Source: Candidatus Iainarchaeum sp.
Lineage (GTDB): Archaea; Iainarchaeota; Iainarchaeia; Iainarchaeales; CSSED10-239
Length of the DNA: 14,988 bases
NCBI GenBank assembly: GCA_028700905.1
Contig: JAQVRT010000011.1
Span: 1 to 14,988, forward strand
Direction of reading: 5' to 3'
This document shows, piece after piece, positions 14,379 to 14,988 of the stretch (positions within the stretch are counted from its first letter, which is position 1; each line of letters begins with the position of its first letter). The position numbers and the translations under genes are program-made. Under the pieces are notes generated by a model. The model ran no database searches, was not told the DNA's origin, and saw only the letters and a program-made list of their open reading frames with translations.

Positions 14379-14988
14379 TTATTTTAAAGGAAAAGCTTCT
14401 TCCATTTTTAGAAGTTCTTTAAAATCATCATCTATTTCTTGTTGTATCTTTTTAATTTCATTTTTATCTTTTAAAACTTCTTTAAACTTAGTTTGCATTT
14501 TTAAAAATTCTTCAATTGGTTTTTTGTTTGTAGGCTTATAGTTTATTTTATATTTTCCATCTTCAACTTCATAAAGTGGCCAAAAATTAGTTTCTGTTGC
14601 AAGCTTTGAAATATCAATTGTTAAGTCTTCAGGAGCCTTCATGTTTGTAGGGCATGCTGCATAAACAATGATTACAGCTGGTCCTTTCTTTTCAAAAGCT
14701 TTTCTAAACTTTTCATGCATATCTAAAAGATTTCCTGGGTTTGCAGTTGCAACATATGGTATTTTATGAGCAATAGCTATCTTTGCAAGATCTTTTTGAA
14801 ATTCTTTTTTCTCTCCTGGAGTTGTTGTTGTTTGTGCTCCATAAGGTGTTGCAGAGGATCTTTGTGCTCCTGTGTTATGAACAACAATTCCATCTGCAAT
14901 AAAGTTGTGTTCTCCATCAACTCTTAAATCTAATGTTTGTTCAATTCCTCTAGGGATAATATTTTTTATTTTTCTTGTTTCAAAATAT
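14379..14988 (-). CDS. porB: Pyruvate/2-oxoacid:ferredoxin oxidoreductase beta (TPP-binding) subunit, C-terminal extein, preceded by the C-terminal end of an intein; the 5' end lies outside the window
   Basis: The reading frame is open from 14987 down to the stop at 14379-14381; the ORF track shows only the Met-initiated tail. Extein (nt 14382-14873): 'TGAQRSSATPYGAQTTTTPGEKKEFQKDLAKIAIAHKIPYVATANPGNLLD MHEKFRKAFEKKGPAVIIVYAACPTN...WPLYEVEDGKYKINY...EEFLKMQTKFKEVL' matches the PorB-type beta subunit C-terminal half. The ferredoxin-oxidoreductase family is confident. Substrate specificity (por, vor or kor) is not. Confidence 0.8.
   Translation of the reverse strand, partial: YFETRKIKNIIPRGIEQTLDLRVDGEHNFIADGIVVHNTGAQRSSATPYGAQTTTTPGEKKEFQKDLAKIAIAHKIPYVATANPGNLLDMHEKFRKAFEKKGPAVIIVYAACPTNMKAPEDLTIDISKLATETNFWPLYEVEDGKYKINYKPTNKKPIEEFLKMQTKFKEVLKDKNEIKKIQQEIDDDFKELLKMEEAFPLK
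14874..14988 (-). mobile_element. Intein, C-terminal splicing region (blocks F/G), truncated by the window edge
   Basis: The minus-strand translation from the window edge is 'YFETRKIKNIIPRGIEQTLDLRVDGEHNFIADGIVVHN' and is immediately followed by Thr (+1) of 'TGAQRSS'. 'LDLRVDGEHNFIADGIVVHN' matches the canonical intein block F/G consensus (vyDLtVe..HNFvAnGilvHN + S/T/C). The terminal Asn codon is at 14874-14876 and the +1 Thr codon at 14871-14873. Confidence 0.7.

Noticed and set aside
14240-14422. 60-aa plus-strand ORF crossing the acs stop and the porB 3' end
   Set aside because: It overlaps two confident genes and the intervening terminator hairpin, and it has no recognisable features.
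1-14988. Search for tRNA, rRNA or other structured RNA genes
   Set aside because: In DNA this AT-rich, structured RNAs stand out as GC-rich islands. The only GC-enriched patches lie inside confident CDSs or in the short terminator stem at 14352-14368. No cloverleaf-compatible segment was seen by eye, and a tRNAscan/Infernal run would be needed to be certain.

Overview
Strongly AT-rich archaeal chromosomal segment. Gene content (aIF2-beta, aIF1A, RIO kinase, KH/Dim2, topoisomerase VI B+A) together with small proteins and tight spacing suggests a reduced-genome, DPANN-like archaeon; this lineage call is inference. Left to right: the 3' end of a presenilin/SPP-like intramembrane protease; a small toxin-antitoxin islet (PIN/DUF3368 + RHH-UPF0175 on the minus strand, then AbrB/MazE + MazF on the plus strand); a conserved translation/ribosome-biogenesis operon (aIF2-beta, DUF424, aIF1A, RIO kinase, KH-domain Dim2/Pno1-like) followed by an unrecognisable 281-aa lysine-rich protein; a wHTH-nucleotidyltransferase (MNT) with a decayed HEPN partner; a 702-aa minus-strand ORF fusing an AsnB-like glutamine amidotransferase/synthetase to a Dph6/MJ0570-type diphthine-ammonia ligase domain; top6B-top6A; a frameshift-split membrane-anchored lysine-rich ORF; AMP-forming acetyl-CoA synthetase; and the 3' part of a 2-oxoacid:ferredoxin oxidoreductase beta subunit running off the right edge. 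The most interesting signals are: (1) the GATase-AsnB-Dph6 fusion; (2) textbook intein C-terminal splicing blocks (..EHNFIADGIVVHN|T) inside the PorB-like gene at the TPP-binding loop; (3) a HEPN toxin gene inactivated by a 35-bp out-of-frame tandem duplication plus an in-frame TAA; (4) near-identical hairpin repeats bracketing the MNT-HEPN cassette. I saw no rRNA, tRNA or CRISPR array. All family calls come from motif recognition by eye, not from database searches.
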